A DNA stretch of 64,000 bases from a bacterium (GTDB lineage Bacteria > Patescibacteriota > Patescibacteriia > Patescibacteriales > UBA12465). Under the pieces are notes generated by a model. It did not search any database, was not told where the DNA came from, and saw only the letters and a list, made by a program, of their open reading frames with translations. The translations under genes were made by a program, and so were the position numbers. How positions within the stretch are numbered: position 1 is the first letter of the stretch; every line of letters begins with the position of its first letter. The stretch spans positions 172,839 through 236,838 of the forward strand of contig DAONDZ010000001.1 of the NCBI GenBank assembly GCA_035402825.1. The letters run 5' to 3'. Below, piece by piece: positions 1-9,785 of the stretch.

Positions 1-2
1 TT

Positions 3-218
3 TATCTCTATGGATTAAGAGGCTTAATTATCGGTCAAAAAGAACCGATTTTCTGCCTTCTGGTGTCCTTAGGGCCGGCGTTAACCTTCCCCCTGGTTCT
101 ATCTGTTCCATTTTGGGGAGTGACGTTTGCTGCCATTTTCTGGGTCGGCCAAGCGCTGTCACTAGTCGCGGTCGGTTTATATCTGTTTAAAACTATAAAG
201 ATTAGGCGCATAGCTTAA
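3..218 (+). CDS. C-terminal end of a hydrophobic membrane protein (5' part outside the window)
   Basis: Frame is open from the window edge to TAA 216-218. Translation ...PFWGVTFAAIFWVGQALSLVAVGLYLFKTIKIRRIA* looks like a TM helix. A terminator follows. Confidence 0.4.
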   Translation, partial: YLYGLRGLIIGQKEPIFCLLVSLGPALTFPLVLSVPFWGVTFAAIFWVGQALSLVAVGLYLFKTIKIRRIA

Positions 219-228
219 TAATTCTCTC

Positions 229-256
229 GCCCCTCCAAAAAGAGGGGCTTTGTTTT
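229..256 (+). terminator. Intrinsic terminator
   Basis: Stem-loop gcccctc / caaaaa / gaggggc followed by tttgtttt. Confidence 0.6.
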
Positions 257-260
257 ACTC

Positions 261-289
261 TTGATTTTTTTATTTATCCCTGCTATATT
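261..289 (+). promoter_or_regulatory. Candidate sigma70-type promoter of the rpsF-ssb-rpsR operon
   Basis: TTGATT, 17 nt spacer, TATATT. A leader of about 200 nt follows, with a hairpin (agtctca/tgagact, 337-359). Confidence 0.45.
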
Positions 290-491
290 GTCACTACAAC
301 TAAGACCTTTCCCATGTCAGAGCCTTGAGCTTTGACAGTCTCACATTTATGATGAGACTAAAGGTATTTCCAAATCCCGCTATTTTTGGAGTACCGGGGT
401 TTTATTTTGTCAATTTTTTATTTAACTAAAAGCGAGTTTGAATTTAACTATTCTTTAGGGGAAATTCAGCATCGCTTTGCTATCATTTTCT

Positions 492-1010
492 ATGTCAAAA
501 TCCAAACCATCCGGAGCCGCTCACTATGAGCTGTTATTCATCATCTCCAACCGCTTCACCGAAGATGAAGCCAAGAAGTGCGTGGCGAAGGTAGAGAACA
601 TTATTACCCAAGGCGAGGGCAAAATTTCTGCCAGCGAATTTTGGGGCAAGAAGCGTTTAGCTTATCCGATTAAGCACGAGACCTATGGCTATTACAATCT
701 AGTGGAGTTTGACCTAGAAAGGACTGCCTTGGCTAAATTAGAAGAAAAATTGCGCTTAGACCATGAAGTTTTGCGCCATTTAATCGTGATCAAAAAATTG
801 AAGACCGACGAACAGTTGCAGAAAGAAAAGAAGATCAGCGAAAAGATCAGCACCAAGAAGGCGGCGGTCTTGAAAGAGCAAAAAACTCAAGAGGAAAAAG
901 TTGCCAAGGACAAGGTTAGCAAAGCTAAAGATAAGGACAAAGATAAGTCTGATATCAATAGCTTGGATGAGAAGTTGGAAGGCATTTTGAATGCCAATGA
1001 TTTATTATAA
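492..1010 (+). CDS. rpsF: 30S ribosomal protein S6 with a K/E-rich C-terminal extension
   Basis: HYELLFIISNRFTEDEA...WGKKRLAYPIKHETYGYYNLVEF is typical bS6. Conserved rpsF-ssb-rpsR order. The ORF track starts at TTG 477; ATG 492 is more likely. Confidence 0.9.
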   Translation: MSKSKPSGAAHYELLFIISNRFTEDEAKKCVAKVENIITQGEGKISASEFWGKKRLAYPIKHETYGYYNLVEFDLERTALAKLEEKLRLDHEVLRHLIVIKKLKTDEQLQKEKKISEKISTKKAAVLKEQKTQEEKVAKDKVSKAKDKDKDKSDINSLDEKLEGILNANDLL

Positions 1011-1035
1011 TTTTTTAATTTAATCATCAAACTAT

Positions 1036-1458
1036 ATGAGCTTAAACAAGGCCATGCTAATCGGTAATTTGACTCGCGATCCGGAAATGAGAAATACTCC
1101 GAACGGTCAAAACGTCGCTTCTTTCTCTGTCGCTACCAACATGAACTGGACTGATGCCGCTGGCGTCAAACAAAGCAAACCGGAGTTTCATAATATTGTC
1201 GCTTGGCGCAAACTGGCCGAAATCTGCGGTCAATATCTGCACAAGGGCACCAAGGTCTATATTGAAGGACGGATTCAGACTCGCGATTGGGTGGGCCAAG
1301 ATGGCCAGAAGAAATATCGTACCGAAATTGTGGCCGATACTATGGAAATTCTTAGCAGCCGCGGCGGTGAACGCCCGGAAGGCGGCGAAGAAGTTCCGAC
1401 CATTGAAGTCGGTGATGAGAGCAACGAAGAAATCAAGATTGAGAATATTCCTTTTTAA
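1036..1458 (+). CDS. ssb: Single-stranded DNA-binding protein
   Basis: OB-fold signature LIGNLTRDPEMRNTPNGQNVASFSVAT...FHNIVAWRKLAE, an acidic tail ending in IPF, and a position between rpsF and rpsR. Confidence 0.9.
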   Translation: MSLNKAMLIGNLTRDPEMRNTPNGQNVASFSVATNMNWTDAAGVKQSKPEFHNIVAWRKLAEICGQYLHKGTKVYIEGRIQTRDWVGQDGQKKYRTEIVADTMEILSSRGGERPEGGEEVPTIEVGDESNEEIKIENIPF

Positions 1459-1492
1459 TATTTTTCCTCTACTAGGAGGTTATTAAGCTAAT

Positions 1493-1723
1493 ATGAACAA
1501 CAACAATAACAACCAATTCAAGAAAACCAAAGAATGCTATTTTTGCGTGAACAATTTGGAGCCGGATTACAAAGATGTGAAATCTTTGAAGCGCTTCATC
1601 AACTACTACCAAAAGATTTTGTCTGCTTCTCGTACCGGCACTTGTGCTTGGCATCAACGCAAGCTGACTTCAGCTGTTAAACGAGCTCGTTTCATGGCTT
1701 TGGTATCTTTCACTCATAAATAA
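1493..1723 (+). CDS. rpsR: 30S ribosomal protein S18
   Basis: CYFC...DYKDVKSLKRFI...ILSASRTGTCAWHQRKLTSAVKRARFMAL matches bS18. Confidence 0.9.
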   Translation: MNNNNNNQFKKTKECYFCVNNLEPDYKDVKSLKRFINYYQKILSASRTGTCAWHQRKLTSAVKRARFMALVSFTHK

Positions 1724-1738
1724 TTTAACTCTTTTTGT

Positions 1739-2296
1739 ATGTTAGGGATCAGCGAAATTAAAATTGGCCGCGTTCTAGTGGTCAACGGTGAACCGTATGT
1801 CGTTAGCCGCACCGACCATCACAAGATGGGCCGCGGGGGAGCGGTGCTCAAAATTAAATTGCGCAATTTAATTAGCGGCAATATCTTGGAACGAACCGTC
1901 CAGGGCAGCGAAAAAGTGGAAGAAGCGCAAACTCAGACTCAGAAAGCTAATTTTCTCTATAAGGACGCTAACGAAGCGAACTTCATGAATAACAATAGCT
2001 TTGAGCAATTCAGTTTGCCTTTGGAAGACCTGGGTGATAAAGCACAGTATTTAAAAGAAGGCACTGATGTGGACGCTCTCTATTTCAATGACAAGCCGGT
2101 AGCAATTAGCTTGCCGATTAAAATGGAGTTTAAGGTTGTTTCCGCTCCGCCAGCCATTAAAGGCAACTCGGTGGGAAGCGTCACTAAAATAGCCGAACTG
2201 GAAACTGGAGCTAAGGTTAATGTGCCGGTTTTTATTTCCGAAGGAGAAATTATCAGAATTAATACCGATACTGGTGAATACGTGGAAAGAGCTTAA
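1739..2296 (+). CDS. efp: Elongation factor P
   Basis: IKIGRVLVVNGEPYVVSRTDHHKMGRGGAVLKIKLRNLISG and three-domain length (185 aa). Confidence 0.9.
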   Translation: MLGISEIKIGRVLVVNGEPYVVSRTDHHKMGRGGAVLKIKLRNLISGNILERTVQGSEKVEEAQTQTQKANFLYKDANEANFMNNNSFEQFSLPLEDLGDKAQYLKEGTDVDALYFNDKPVAISLPIKMEFKVVSAPPAIKGNSVGSVTKIAELETGAKVNVPVFISEGEIIRINTDTGEYVERA

Positions 2297-2306
2297 TAAT
2301 CTGAAA

Positions 2307-2334
2307 ATAGGGGCTTTTTGCCCCTATTTTTTTT
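2307..2334 (+). terminator. Intrinsic terminator after efp
   Basis: ataggggc / ttttt / gcccctat followed by a T run. Confidence 0.7.
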
Positions 2335-2360
2335 GAGCGGTAAAGTGCTATAATTTAAAT

Positions 2361-3731
2361 ATGATTAGTTTTCTCATTTTTGTTTTCGCCATCTTTTATC
2401 TGCTTTTGAGCTTAAAGCGCCTGGACTGGGCTTTAGCTCTTTTAGTATTGGGCCTCCCCAGCTATCTCTTGCGCTTTGATATCGGCGTTTTGCCCACCAC
2501 CATTTTAGAGCTGATGATTCTCATCGCCTTCGGCGCTTGGTTATACCAGACTATTTGTCGTCATGGGTTTAAATTAGGGCGCTATTGGAAATATCGCTTG
2601 TTGCGCCAGCCCTATCCTTTCCGCTATGTTTTGGTTTTGGTATTAATTATCTCTTTCGTCTCCGTGGGGGTGGCTGGTTTTTCTTTGAGCTCTCTGGGTT
2701 TGTGGCGCGCCTATTTTTTTGAACCGATAATGGTGTTTATTCTTTTCATTAATGCCTTCAAGAGACAAAAGGGGGTGGAGAAGATTTTTGTGGCCATGGC
2801 TATTTCTCTCTTGGCCGTTTCTTTGTTGGCCATATATCAATATACCACTGGGAAATTAATCGCCAATCCTTTTTGGGCAGGCTTAGAAACCCGGCGAGCA
2901 GTTTCTTTCTTCGGCTATCCCAACGCCGTGGGGTTATATATCGCTCCTTTGTTTTTTGTAGTTCTGGGTCTGGCGATTAAACGTTTTAAATATCGCAATA
3001 CCTTTCCCAAGTTTATCTACGCCCTCTCTCTGTTCGGCGTTTTAGCCCTAGCTCTCTTGGCTGTCTATACCGCCAAGTCCGAAGGGGCTCTTTTGGCTCT
3101 GGCTTTTGGCTTGTGGCTATATTTCTTGTTGTATAACAGAAAAACTAGAATTGTTTCTTTGGCCCTAGCTTCCGCGGCCATTGTTGCCCTCTTTGTTTTT
3201 CCTCCTTTCAACCACTATGTCCTAGAAAAAGCGCAGTTGCGAGATTTGTCCGGACAAATTAGGAAACAACAATGGAGTGAGACGATGACCATGTTGCAAG
3301 ACGATCATTGGTTCTTAGGCAGCGGATTAAATAACTATCAAGCTGCCATTGCCCCATATCACAAAGAAGGAATAGATATCAAAAACTATACTAATGGCAC
3401 CACCTTCTGGCAGCCGGTGGAAATATATTTATATCCTCATAATTTCTTTTTGAATTTCTGGGTGGAGCTAGGCATCGCCGGATTATTGGTATTCTCTTGG
3501 GTAGCGGTGAAATATCTTTTCTTGGCTTTCAGGAGTTTTAAATATCAGACCAAAAACAAGAAACGGAATCGAGCGGTGGTTTTAGGGCTAGCTATGGCCA
3601 TGGTGGCTATTTTAGTCCAGGGGATGGTAGATGTACCCTACTTCAAAAACGATTTAGCAGTGATGTTTTGGATATTAGTTTCTCTGGTTTCTCTCTTTAG
3701 TCTTTATCGTCAACAAAAAACCTATGAATGA
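2361..3731 (+). CDS. O-antigen ligase / Wzy_C-family polytopic membrane protein
   Basis: More than 10 predicted TM helices, plus a periplasmic loop with YPHNFFLNFWVELGIAGLL as in the Wzy_C/O-antigen ligase family. Confidence 0.55.
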   Translation: MISFLIFVFAIFYLLLSLKRLDWALALLVLGLPSYLLRFDIGVLPTTILELMILIAFGAWLYQTICRHGFKLGRYWKYRLLRQPYPFRYVLVLVLIISFVSVGVAGFSLSSLGLWRAYFFEPIMVFILFINAFKRQKGVEKIFVAMAISLLAVSLLAIYQYTTGKLIANPFWAGLETRRAVSFFGYPNAVGLYIAPLFFVVLGLAIKRFKYRNTFPKFIYALSLFGVLALALLAVYTAKSEGALLALAFGLWLYFLLYNRKTRIVSLALASAAIVALFVFPPFNHYVLEKAQLRDLSGQIRKQQWSETMTMLQDDHWFLGSGLNNYQAAIAPYHKEGIDIKNYTNGTTFWQPVEIYLYPHNFFLNFWVELGIAGLLVFSWVAVKYLFLAFRSFKYQTKNKKRNRAVVLGLAMAMVAILVQGMVDVPYFKNDLAVMFWILVSLVSLFSLYRQQKTYE

Positions 3732-4413
3732 AGTACTGCAGAAAATAATTGCCGAAAGAAGTTCCTATTCTCGCCGCCAAGCCGAGGTTTTTATCCGTCA
3801 GGGGAAAGTGATGGTGAATGGGAAAATTGCTAAGCTGGGTGATCGGGCTAATTTAGATACGAGAATGACAGTCGGTGGCCGGGAGTTGAAATTGCCGGCG
3901 CAGAAAATATATATCATGCTCAACAAACCCAAAGGATATACTTGTACCAATAGGACATTTAAGGCTGAGAAAAACATTTTTGAATTAGTGCGAATAAACG
4001 AAAAACTTTTTGCTGTTGGCCGTCTGGACAAGGATAGTCATGGCTTGATATTATTAACCAATGATGGAGAATTGACCCAGAAACTAGCCCATCCCCGCTA
4101 TGGCAGCCAAAAAGAGTATGAGGTTATCATCAGCGAAGACGCCGATCACTCCCGGAAATTAATGGAAGGCATGAATATTGGTGAAGATGACGGTTTTGTG
4201 AAGGCCGACAAAGCAAAATATTTGGGTAATCGCAAATATTCCATCATTCTTTCCCAGGGCAAGAAAAGACAAATCAGAAGAATGTTTGGAGCGATTGGGG
4301 TGGACGTATTAGACCTAAAGCGCGTTAAGCTGTCTAATTTAGAGCTGGGCACCCTGCCAGAGGGGAAGTGGCGGGAGCTAACCCCGGAGGAAGTGAAGAG
4401 ATTAAAAAAATAG
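3724..4413 (+). CDS. rRNA pseudouridine synthase (RsuA/RluB family) with an S4 domain
   Basis: S4-like N-terminus (RRQAEVFIRQGKVMVNGK), catalytic motif GRLDKDSHGLILLTNDG, and KKRQIRRMF. Confidence 0.8.
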   Translation: MNEVLQKIIAERSSYSRRQAEVFIRQGKVMVNGKIAKLGDRANLDTRMTVGGRELKLPAQKIYIMLNKPKGYTCTNRTFKAEKNIFELVRINEKLFAVGRLDKDSHGLILLTNDGELTQKLAHPRYGSQKEYEVIISEDADHSRKLMEGMNIGEDDGFVKADKAKYLGNRKYSIILSQGKKRQIRRMFGAIGVDVLDLKRVKLSNLELGTLPEGKWRELTPEEVKRLKK

Positions 4414-4419
4414 TATCCT

Positions 4420-4507
4420 GGAGAAGTCGCATAGTTGGTCTAGTGCGCCGCACTCGAAATGCGGTTGCCGGGAAACCGGCACGTGGGTTCGAATCCCACC
4501 TTCTCCG
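4420..4507 (+). tRNA. tRNA-Ser (anticodon CGA)
   Basis: Acceptor ggagaag/cttctcc, anticodon arm ccgca-ctCGAaa-tgcgg, long variable arm, T-loop gttcgaatc, discriminator G. Confidence 0.9.
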
Positions 4508-4588
4508 CAATAGGGTGTTGAAGTGAGGTATCCAGAGAAAAAGCTTGCCTAGACTCCATTTTGTTTGTATTAAATAAATTTTTAAAAT

Positions 4589-5236
4589 ATGAAATTATTT
4601 TTAACTTCAACGGGGCTGGAAAATGAAGATATTTCTTCTCGTTTTGAAATGAGTTTTTTGCCTAAAAAACCTAAAGATTTATCCTTTTTAGTTATTTCTA
4701 TCCAAGATTCAGAACAAGACGCCGTCTATTTAGAAAAAACTTTAAGTGAAATAAGAAATACTGGCGCTCAAGATATTGACGTTTTCAAATTAGGTAATGA
4801 AAAATTTAGCACTGATAAAGAATACGATGTTATTTTCGTTTGTGGTGGCAATACTTTTGATTATTTAGATAGAGTAAGGAAAACTGGTCTTGATAAATTC
4901 ATAGTGGATTTTGCTAAAAAAGAAAATAGTACTTATGTTGGTGTTAGTGCTGGTAGTGTTTTAGCTGGGCCAGATATTGAAATAGCCGGATGGGGTAGTG
5001 AGGGAGACCAAAATAATATAAAGCTACAAAATTTTGAAGGCTTACGATTGACTGATTTTGTGATATCTCCTCATTATAGAAAAGAATTAAAATCAGAATT
5101 AGATGAATTTAAAAAGAGAACAGAACATCAAATTATTGAGATTGAAGACAATCAAGCGGTTATACTTAATTATTCTAACATGGGGAATTTAAAGGGTGTT
5201 TTAAATATGAGTTATATAAATAAAGATTTTTATTAG
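4589..5236 (+). CDS. Peptidase S51 (dipeptidase E-like)
   Basis: VCGGNTFDYLDRVRKTGL...YVGVSAGSVLAGPDIE matches the S51 nucleophile-elbow region. The gene is visibly AT-rich. Confidence 0.55.
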   Translation: MKLFLTSTGLENEDISSRFEMSFLPKKPKDLSFLVISIQDSEQDAVYLEKTLSEIRNTGAQDIDVFKLGNEKFSTDKEYDVIFVCGGNTFDYLDRVRKTGLDKFIVDFAKKENSTYVGVSAGSVLAGPDIEIAGWGSEGDQNNIKLQNFEGLRLTDFVISPHYRKELKSELDEFKKRTEHQIIEIEDNQAVILNYSNMGNLKGVLNMSYINKDFY

Positions 5237-5310
5237 TTTGCGCAGTCCCACGGCTTACTGTTGTCCATTAGCGCAATAAAGTGCAGATATAATTTTAACG
5301 AATAGAGTTT

Positions 5311-6468
5311 ATGGTCTTTCATTTTGACACTGTTGAAGATTTGGCTGGATTTACCGTAGAAAATGCTAAAGGTGGCGACCCCATTAAAATTTTGACGCGC
5401 GCGTCGTTGACTTCAGATGACCTCAGTTTTTATAAATATTTGGAATTAATATCAAATATTTTTTTGAATAAAAAGCTAATACAAATTGATTGCGTTTATC
5501 AATTTTTAATACTAATTCATAAAGATTTATCCGCTGATTTGTATATTAATGATTTTGGCATTGCTGTTGAAGTAAGGACAAAACGTAGTGTGGAAGCCGG
5601 TGAAGTTGTTACACTAGATGACATCGCCGATATTCGTAAAGTGAAGTTTTCAGACATAGAGATAAAAGACTCCGACAAGGTTATTTATTGTTTTAAAGTC
5701 GGATGGCGGTTCGGGCTATTCTTTGATCTTACGCAGCGCTTACAACCAGCTGGAATCACACAACCAGTAGCGACAGAAAAGCTGGATATTGAAAAAATGT
5801 ATGTATCTATTGGAGACTTGCGTCGTTATCTTTCTTTTTATCATATTTATAAAGCGCTTGAGTCTAAAGAGCAATTTGATGAAATGATGAAAGATGGTTG
5901 GTTCCCTTTCGTGGAAATTATTGCCGGAGAGTATAAAAATTTAAGAGAACTATATCAGAATAAATTTGATTTTGAAAATAGAATAAAAACTATTGTTGAT
6001 AGCTTTGTTGATAAAAGGATACAGAGGATAACTGAAAAGTGGTGGAAGAATCAAATTTTTTCCGACAAAAAGTCTTTAATTGAAGCTGGCGTAAACGCTT
6101 ATTTACGGAATAATCAAGAAGGGTTTGTGCATTGTATAAATACTCTTTACCCGCAAGTGGAGGGAATCTTGCGAAAACTTTATCAGGCCGAAACCGGAAA
6201 AGGCAACGGCGTAAAATCGCCTGAGCTGATTTCTTATATTATTAAAAAAGCGAAAATAAAATCCGGGTCTGATTATTCGTTACTCTTGCCGTTGCCTTTT
6301 CTTGAGTATTTAAAAGACGTGGTTTTCTCAAATTTTAATATTGAAACTGGAAAAACAGAAATGTCGCGTAATACTTCAGGCCATGGGATTGCCGAAGTCA
6401 ACCAGTATACGAAAGAGAGGGCATTGCAGTTAATTTTAATTTTAGACCAAATTTATTTTTACACCTAG
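5311..6468 (+). CDS. Hypothetical protein (385 aa)
   Basis: Long ORF in an AT-rich stretch. Only weak clue: C-terminal ...RNTSGHGIAEVNQYTKERALQLILILDQIYF resembles the R-N-x3-H-G helix of Abi_C-type domains. Confidence 0.5.
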   Translation: MVFHFDTVEDLAGFTVENAKGGDPIKILTRASLTSDDLSFYKYLELISNIFLNKKLIQIDCVYQFLILIHKDLSADLYINDFGIAVEVRTKRSVEAGEVVTLDDIADIRKVKFSDIEIKDSDKVIYCFKVGWRFGLFFDLTQRLQPAGITQPVATEKLDIEKMYVSIGDLRRYLSFYHIYKALESKEQFDEMMKDGWFPFVEIIAGEYKNLRELYQNKFDFENRIKTIVDSFVDKRIQRITEKWWKNQIFSDKKSLIEAGVNAYLRNNQEGFVHCINTLYPQVEGILRKLYQAETGKGNGVKSPELISYIIKKAKIKSGSDYSLLLPLPFLEYLKDVVFSNFNIETGKTEMSRNTSGHGIAEVNQYTKERALQLILILDQIYFYT

Positions 6469-6544
6469 CTTTCGCTATATATTAATTCTGAGTGATTAGG
6501 GACTAAAATTTTTTAATGCTTAAATATTTAGCTACTCATAGGAT

Positions 6545-6796
6545 ATGAAAAACAATTTTAAAATGGAGAAATTTTATGAGAGCGATAAAAAATTTACTTT
6601 TATACGTGAAGAGATTTGTTCCGATGGAAGTATTATTATTTTTGAAATCGCTCGTACAGACTTGGTGGGATTAAGAGATGGTTGTATTGATTTTGATGAA
6701 GAATCGGATAAATTGATAAAAAAATACCGAGGAGGATGTGGCGCTAAATTAGTATTTGAGTATGTTCCAAATTTTGGATTTGATCTTAATAGCTAA
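6545..6796 (+). CDS. Hypothetical small protein (83 aa)
   Basis: ORF only, with no recognisable motif. Confidence 0.35.
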   Translation: MKNNFKMEKFYESDKKFTFIREEICSDGSIIIFEIARTDLVGLRDGCIDFDEESDKLIKKYRGGCGAKLVFEYVPNFGFDLNS

Positions 6797-6847
6797 ATTA
6801 AAAGACAAACAAACTAGAAAAATGATTTAGAAAAAGCATTAACCAAT

Positions 6848-7825
6848 ATGACCCACCACGATCGTGTATATGGAGATGTAGAAATAAATGAGCCGGTGAT
6901 TTTAGAGTTGCTGAACTGTGCATCCATGCAGAGGTTGAAGGGGGTGGACCAGGCGGGATATATGGAGCCATATTTTCCTGGTTCGTCTCATTCTCGCTTT
7001 GAACATTCCGTGGGGGTGTATTTGTTGCTTCGAAAATATGGAGCTTCGCTAGAAGAACAGGTAGCCGGGCTCATTCACGATGTCTCTCATTCGGCTTTTT
7101 CTCACACCATAGACTACGTCTTGGCGGTTGGTTCGGAAAAAGAACAGAATCATCAGGATAATGCGTTTAGTGACTTTGTGAAGAAACTGGAGATTCCGGA
7201 AATTTTGAAAAAATATCAGATTGATTTGGACTACATCTTAGACGACCATAATTTTCCTTTGAAGGAAAATAATCTGCCCGATATTTGCGCTGACAGGATA
7301 GACTATTCTCTGCGCGGCGCTTTAGCCTATGGAGAAATTGAAAGCGCCGACTATTTCTTAGATAATTTGATAGTCCAAGACAAGCAGTGGATATTTAAGG
7401 ACTTCACTAGCGCCAAGAAGTATGCGGAGCTGTTTAATAGTATCAATGCTAAATACTACGCCGGTTTGCCTTCGGCCATGATGTTCCGGACTTCCGGCGA
7501 TTGTCTGCGCCACGCCATTTTGCAGGGCTATATCTCCGAAGCCGACCTCTATACCACCGATGCAGTGGTGTTAGGGAAGATCAAGAGTCACCTAACTGAG
7601 GATGCTCAGCTAAAATTGCTTTTTGCCCGGATGAGCGGGGAGACGAACATCAAAAACGACCCCAATAACTACGATGTCCGGATTTTCTGCAAATCACGGA
7701 TGGTGGACCCGCTTTGCCTGACTAACGAGGGCATTAAGAGGGTCTCTGAGGTGGATTCCAGCTGGATTAAGGTAATTCAAGAGGAATCAAGGCCTAAAGA
7801 GTATTTTTTGAAGTTTGAGAGCTAA
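6848..7825 (+). CDS. HD-domain metal-dependent phosphohydrolase
   Basis: RFEHSVGVYLL...GLIHDVSHSAFSH (H...HD...H motif set). Confidence 0.75.
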   Translation: MTHHDRVYGDVEINEPVILELLNCASMQRLKGVDQAGYMEPYFPGSSHSRFEHSVGVYLLLRKYGASLEEQVAGLIHDVSHSAFSHTIDYVLAVGSEKEQNHQDNAFSDFVKKLEIPEILKKYQIDLDYILDDHNFPLKENNLPDICADRIDYSLRGALAYGEIESADYFLDNLIVQDKQWIFKDFTSAKKYAELFNSINAKYYAGLPSAMMFRTSGDCLRHAILQGYISEADLYTTDAVVLGKIKSHLTEDAQLKLLFARMSGETNIKNDPNNYDVRIFCKSRMVDPLCLTNEGIKRVSEVDSSWIKVIQEESRPKEYFLKFES

Positions 7826-7846
7826 TCGGGAGCTATTTTTCCTGAT

Positions 7847-7875
7847 TTGACAAAACTAAAATAAAGCAGTAATAT
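7847..7875 (+). promoter_or_regulatory. Strong candidate promoter upstream of typA
   Basis: TTGACA, 17 nt spacer, TAATAT. Confidence 0.55.
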
Positions 7876-7887
7876 GAGGGGAGCATA

Positions 7888-7919
7888 AAAATTACGCGTG
7901 CGGCGTAATTTTATTTTTT
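7888..7919 (+). promoter_or_regulatory. Terminator-like hairpin in the typA leader (possible attenuator)
   Basis: aaaattacgc / gtgcg / gcgtaatttt followed by attttttg. It lies between the promoter and ATG 7933. Confidence 0.4.
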
Positions 7920-7932
7920 GAATCAAGATTAT

Positions 7933-9720
7933 ATGGAAATTAGAAATATTGCTATCATTGCCCACGTTGACCACGGTAAGACCACCATTACCGATGCTTT
8001 GTTGCGCCAAAACGGCATGACTGAGGAGGGCGCCAGCATGGATAGCAACTCTTTAGAACAAGAGCGCGGCATCACTATTTACGCCAAGAATGCCAGTTTG
8101 TTCTATAAGGATACTAAAATTAACTTAGTAGATACTCCCGGACACGCCGACTTCAGCTCTGAAGTGGAGCGGGTTTTGCGTTCCATTGATTGCGTGTTGT
8201 TGGTAGTGGACGCCCAGGAAGGACCGATGCCGCAGACTAAATTTGTTTTGAAAAAATCTTTGGAATTAGGTTTAAAACCGATAGTGGCGATTAACAAAAT
8301 TGATAAGCCGGCCGCTAAACCGGAAGAAGTGGTGGAAATGGTCTATGAATTATTTTTAGACTTAGGCGCCAGCGATGAACAATTGGATTTTAAAGTGGTC
8401 TATACTATTGGTCGCGGCGGCAAAGCTGGACTGCGCCCGGATAAATTGGCTGATAATCTCAACCCGCTTTTGGATGTGATTTTAGAAAATGTCGCGCCGG
8501 CCTCCACTCCGAAAATGGACTTAGAACCGCTTTTAGCTCAGCCGTTTAACTTAGCTTATGATAATTTCTTGGGTCGCTGCGCTGTTTGCCGCATCTATCG
8601 CGGCACTGTGAAGGTGGCTCAGAATGTCTACACTTTGAAAAATGACGGCACCGTGCAATCAGGCCGCGTTTCCAAACTCTTCACCTTCTCCGGCTTGCGC
8701 CGCCAGGAAGTGGAGTCGGCTTCAGCCGGAGACATTGTGCTTTTAGCCGGTCTGCCGACTATTGATATCGGCGAAACTATCGCTGACAGCGCCACCGCCA
8801 CTCCTTTGCCGGCCATTACCATTGACGAACCGACTATCTGTTTAAATTTTTTGGTTAATAATTCTCCTTTTGCCGGTCAGGAAGGCAGCTTTGTCACCAG
8901 TCGTCAATTAAAAGAACGTTTAGAAAAAGAATTGGAAATCAATGTGGGCTTGAAAATTGATTTTGCCGATCCGAGTTCGTATAAAGTATTTGGTCGCGGT
9001 GAATTACACATCGCCGTGCTTTTAGAGAATATGCGTCGGGAGGGTTATGAAATTCAAGTCTCTCAACCCCAGGTTATTATCAAAGAAGAAAATGGTGAGA
9101 AATTAGAACCGTATGAAGAAGTGATGATTGATATCCCGGAACAATTCACCGGCACGGTAATTGAAAATCTTTCTAAGCGCCGGGGCCAGATGAAGGACAT
9201 GAAGAATCATAATAGCCAGACTAGATTAGTATTTGAAATACCGACTCGCGGTTTGTTGGGCTATCGCAATGATTTCATAGTTGCCACTCGCGGCGAAGGA
9301 ATTCTTTGCTCTCACTTTTTAGGATTTAAGAAACATGCCGGCGATATTGAAAAGAGCGCATTGGGCTCCATGATTTCCATGATGAGCGGCAAGGCTTTGG
9401 CCTTCTCTCTTTGGAACTTGCAGGAGCGCGGCGTCTTATATATTGGCCCTAACACCGAGGTCTATGAAGGCATGGTGATCGGCAACGTAGCCAAGGGCAA
9501 TGATTTGGCGGTTAATCCGATTAAAGGCAAACAGCTGACTAACGTCCGAGCCTCCGGTACCGATGAAGCCATTATTCTCACCCCGCCGTGGGATTTAACC
9601 CTAGAGCGTGGACTCAGTATTATGAACGCCGATGAATACCTAGAAATTACTCCAAAAAGCATTAGACTGCGCAAGCAGATATTAAAAGAAGTTGATCGCA
9701 ATCGCGCTAAACGAAGTTAA
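7933..9720 (+). CDS. typA: Translational GTPase TypA/BipA
   Basis: [28 protein letters not shown]; EF-G-like domain order, about 595 aa. ATG 7933 is preferred over TTG 7918. Confidence 0.9.
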   Translation: MEIRNIAIIAHVDHGKTTITDALLRQNGMTEEGASMDSNSLEQERGITIYAKNASLFYKDTKINLVDTPGHADFSSEVERVLRSIDCVLLVVDAQEGPMPQTKFVLKKSLELGLKPIVAINKIDKPAAKPEEVVEMVYELFLDLGASDEQLDFKVVYTIGRGGKAGLRPDKLADNLNPLLDVILENVAPASTPKMDLEPLLAQPFNLAYDNFLGRCAVCRIYRGTVKVAQNVYTLKNDGTVQSGRVSKLFTFSGLRRQEVESASAGDIVLLAGLPTIDIGETIADSATATPLPAITIDEPTICLNFLVNNSPFAGQEGSFVTSRQLKERLEKELEINVGLKIDFADPSSYKVFGRGELHIAVLLENMRREGYEIQVSQPQVIIKEENGEKLEPYEEVMIDIPEQFTGTVIENLSKRRGQMKDMKNHNSQTRLVFEIPTRGLLGYRNDFIVATRGEGILCSHFLGFKKHAGDIEKSALGSMISMMSGKALAFSLWNLQERGVLYIGPNTEVYEGMVIGNVAKGNDLAVNPIKGKQLTNVRASGTDEAIILTPPWDLTLERGLSIMNADEYLEITPKSIRLRKQILKEVDRNRAKRS

Positions 9721-9752
9721 AAACAGAGGAACTCCTCTGTTTTTGCTTTTTT
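9721..9752 (+). terminator. Intrinsic terminator after typA
   Basis: aaacagagg...cctctgttt followed by ttgctttttt. Confidence 0.65.
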
Positions 9753-9785
9753 GACGGTCAGCTAGAAAGAGGGTAGAATGGGAAT

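Noticed and set aside
1057-1486. ORFs overlapping or antisense to ssb (1057-1299 minus, 1154-1486 plus). Similar shadow ORFs lie inside ppsA, elp3, mgtA, pheT, pheS, valS, typA, the giant gene and the recombinases.
   Set aside because: Each lies wholly inside a gene with strong family motifs on another frame or strand, and none has motifs of its own. These are typical shadow ORFs.
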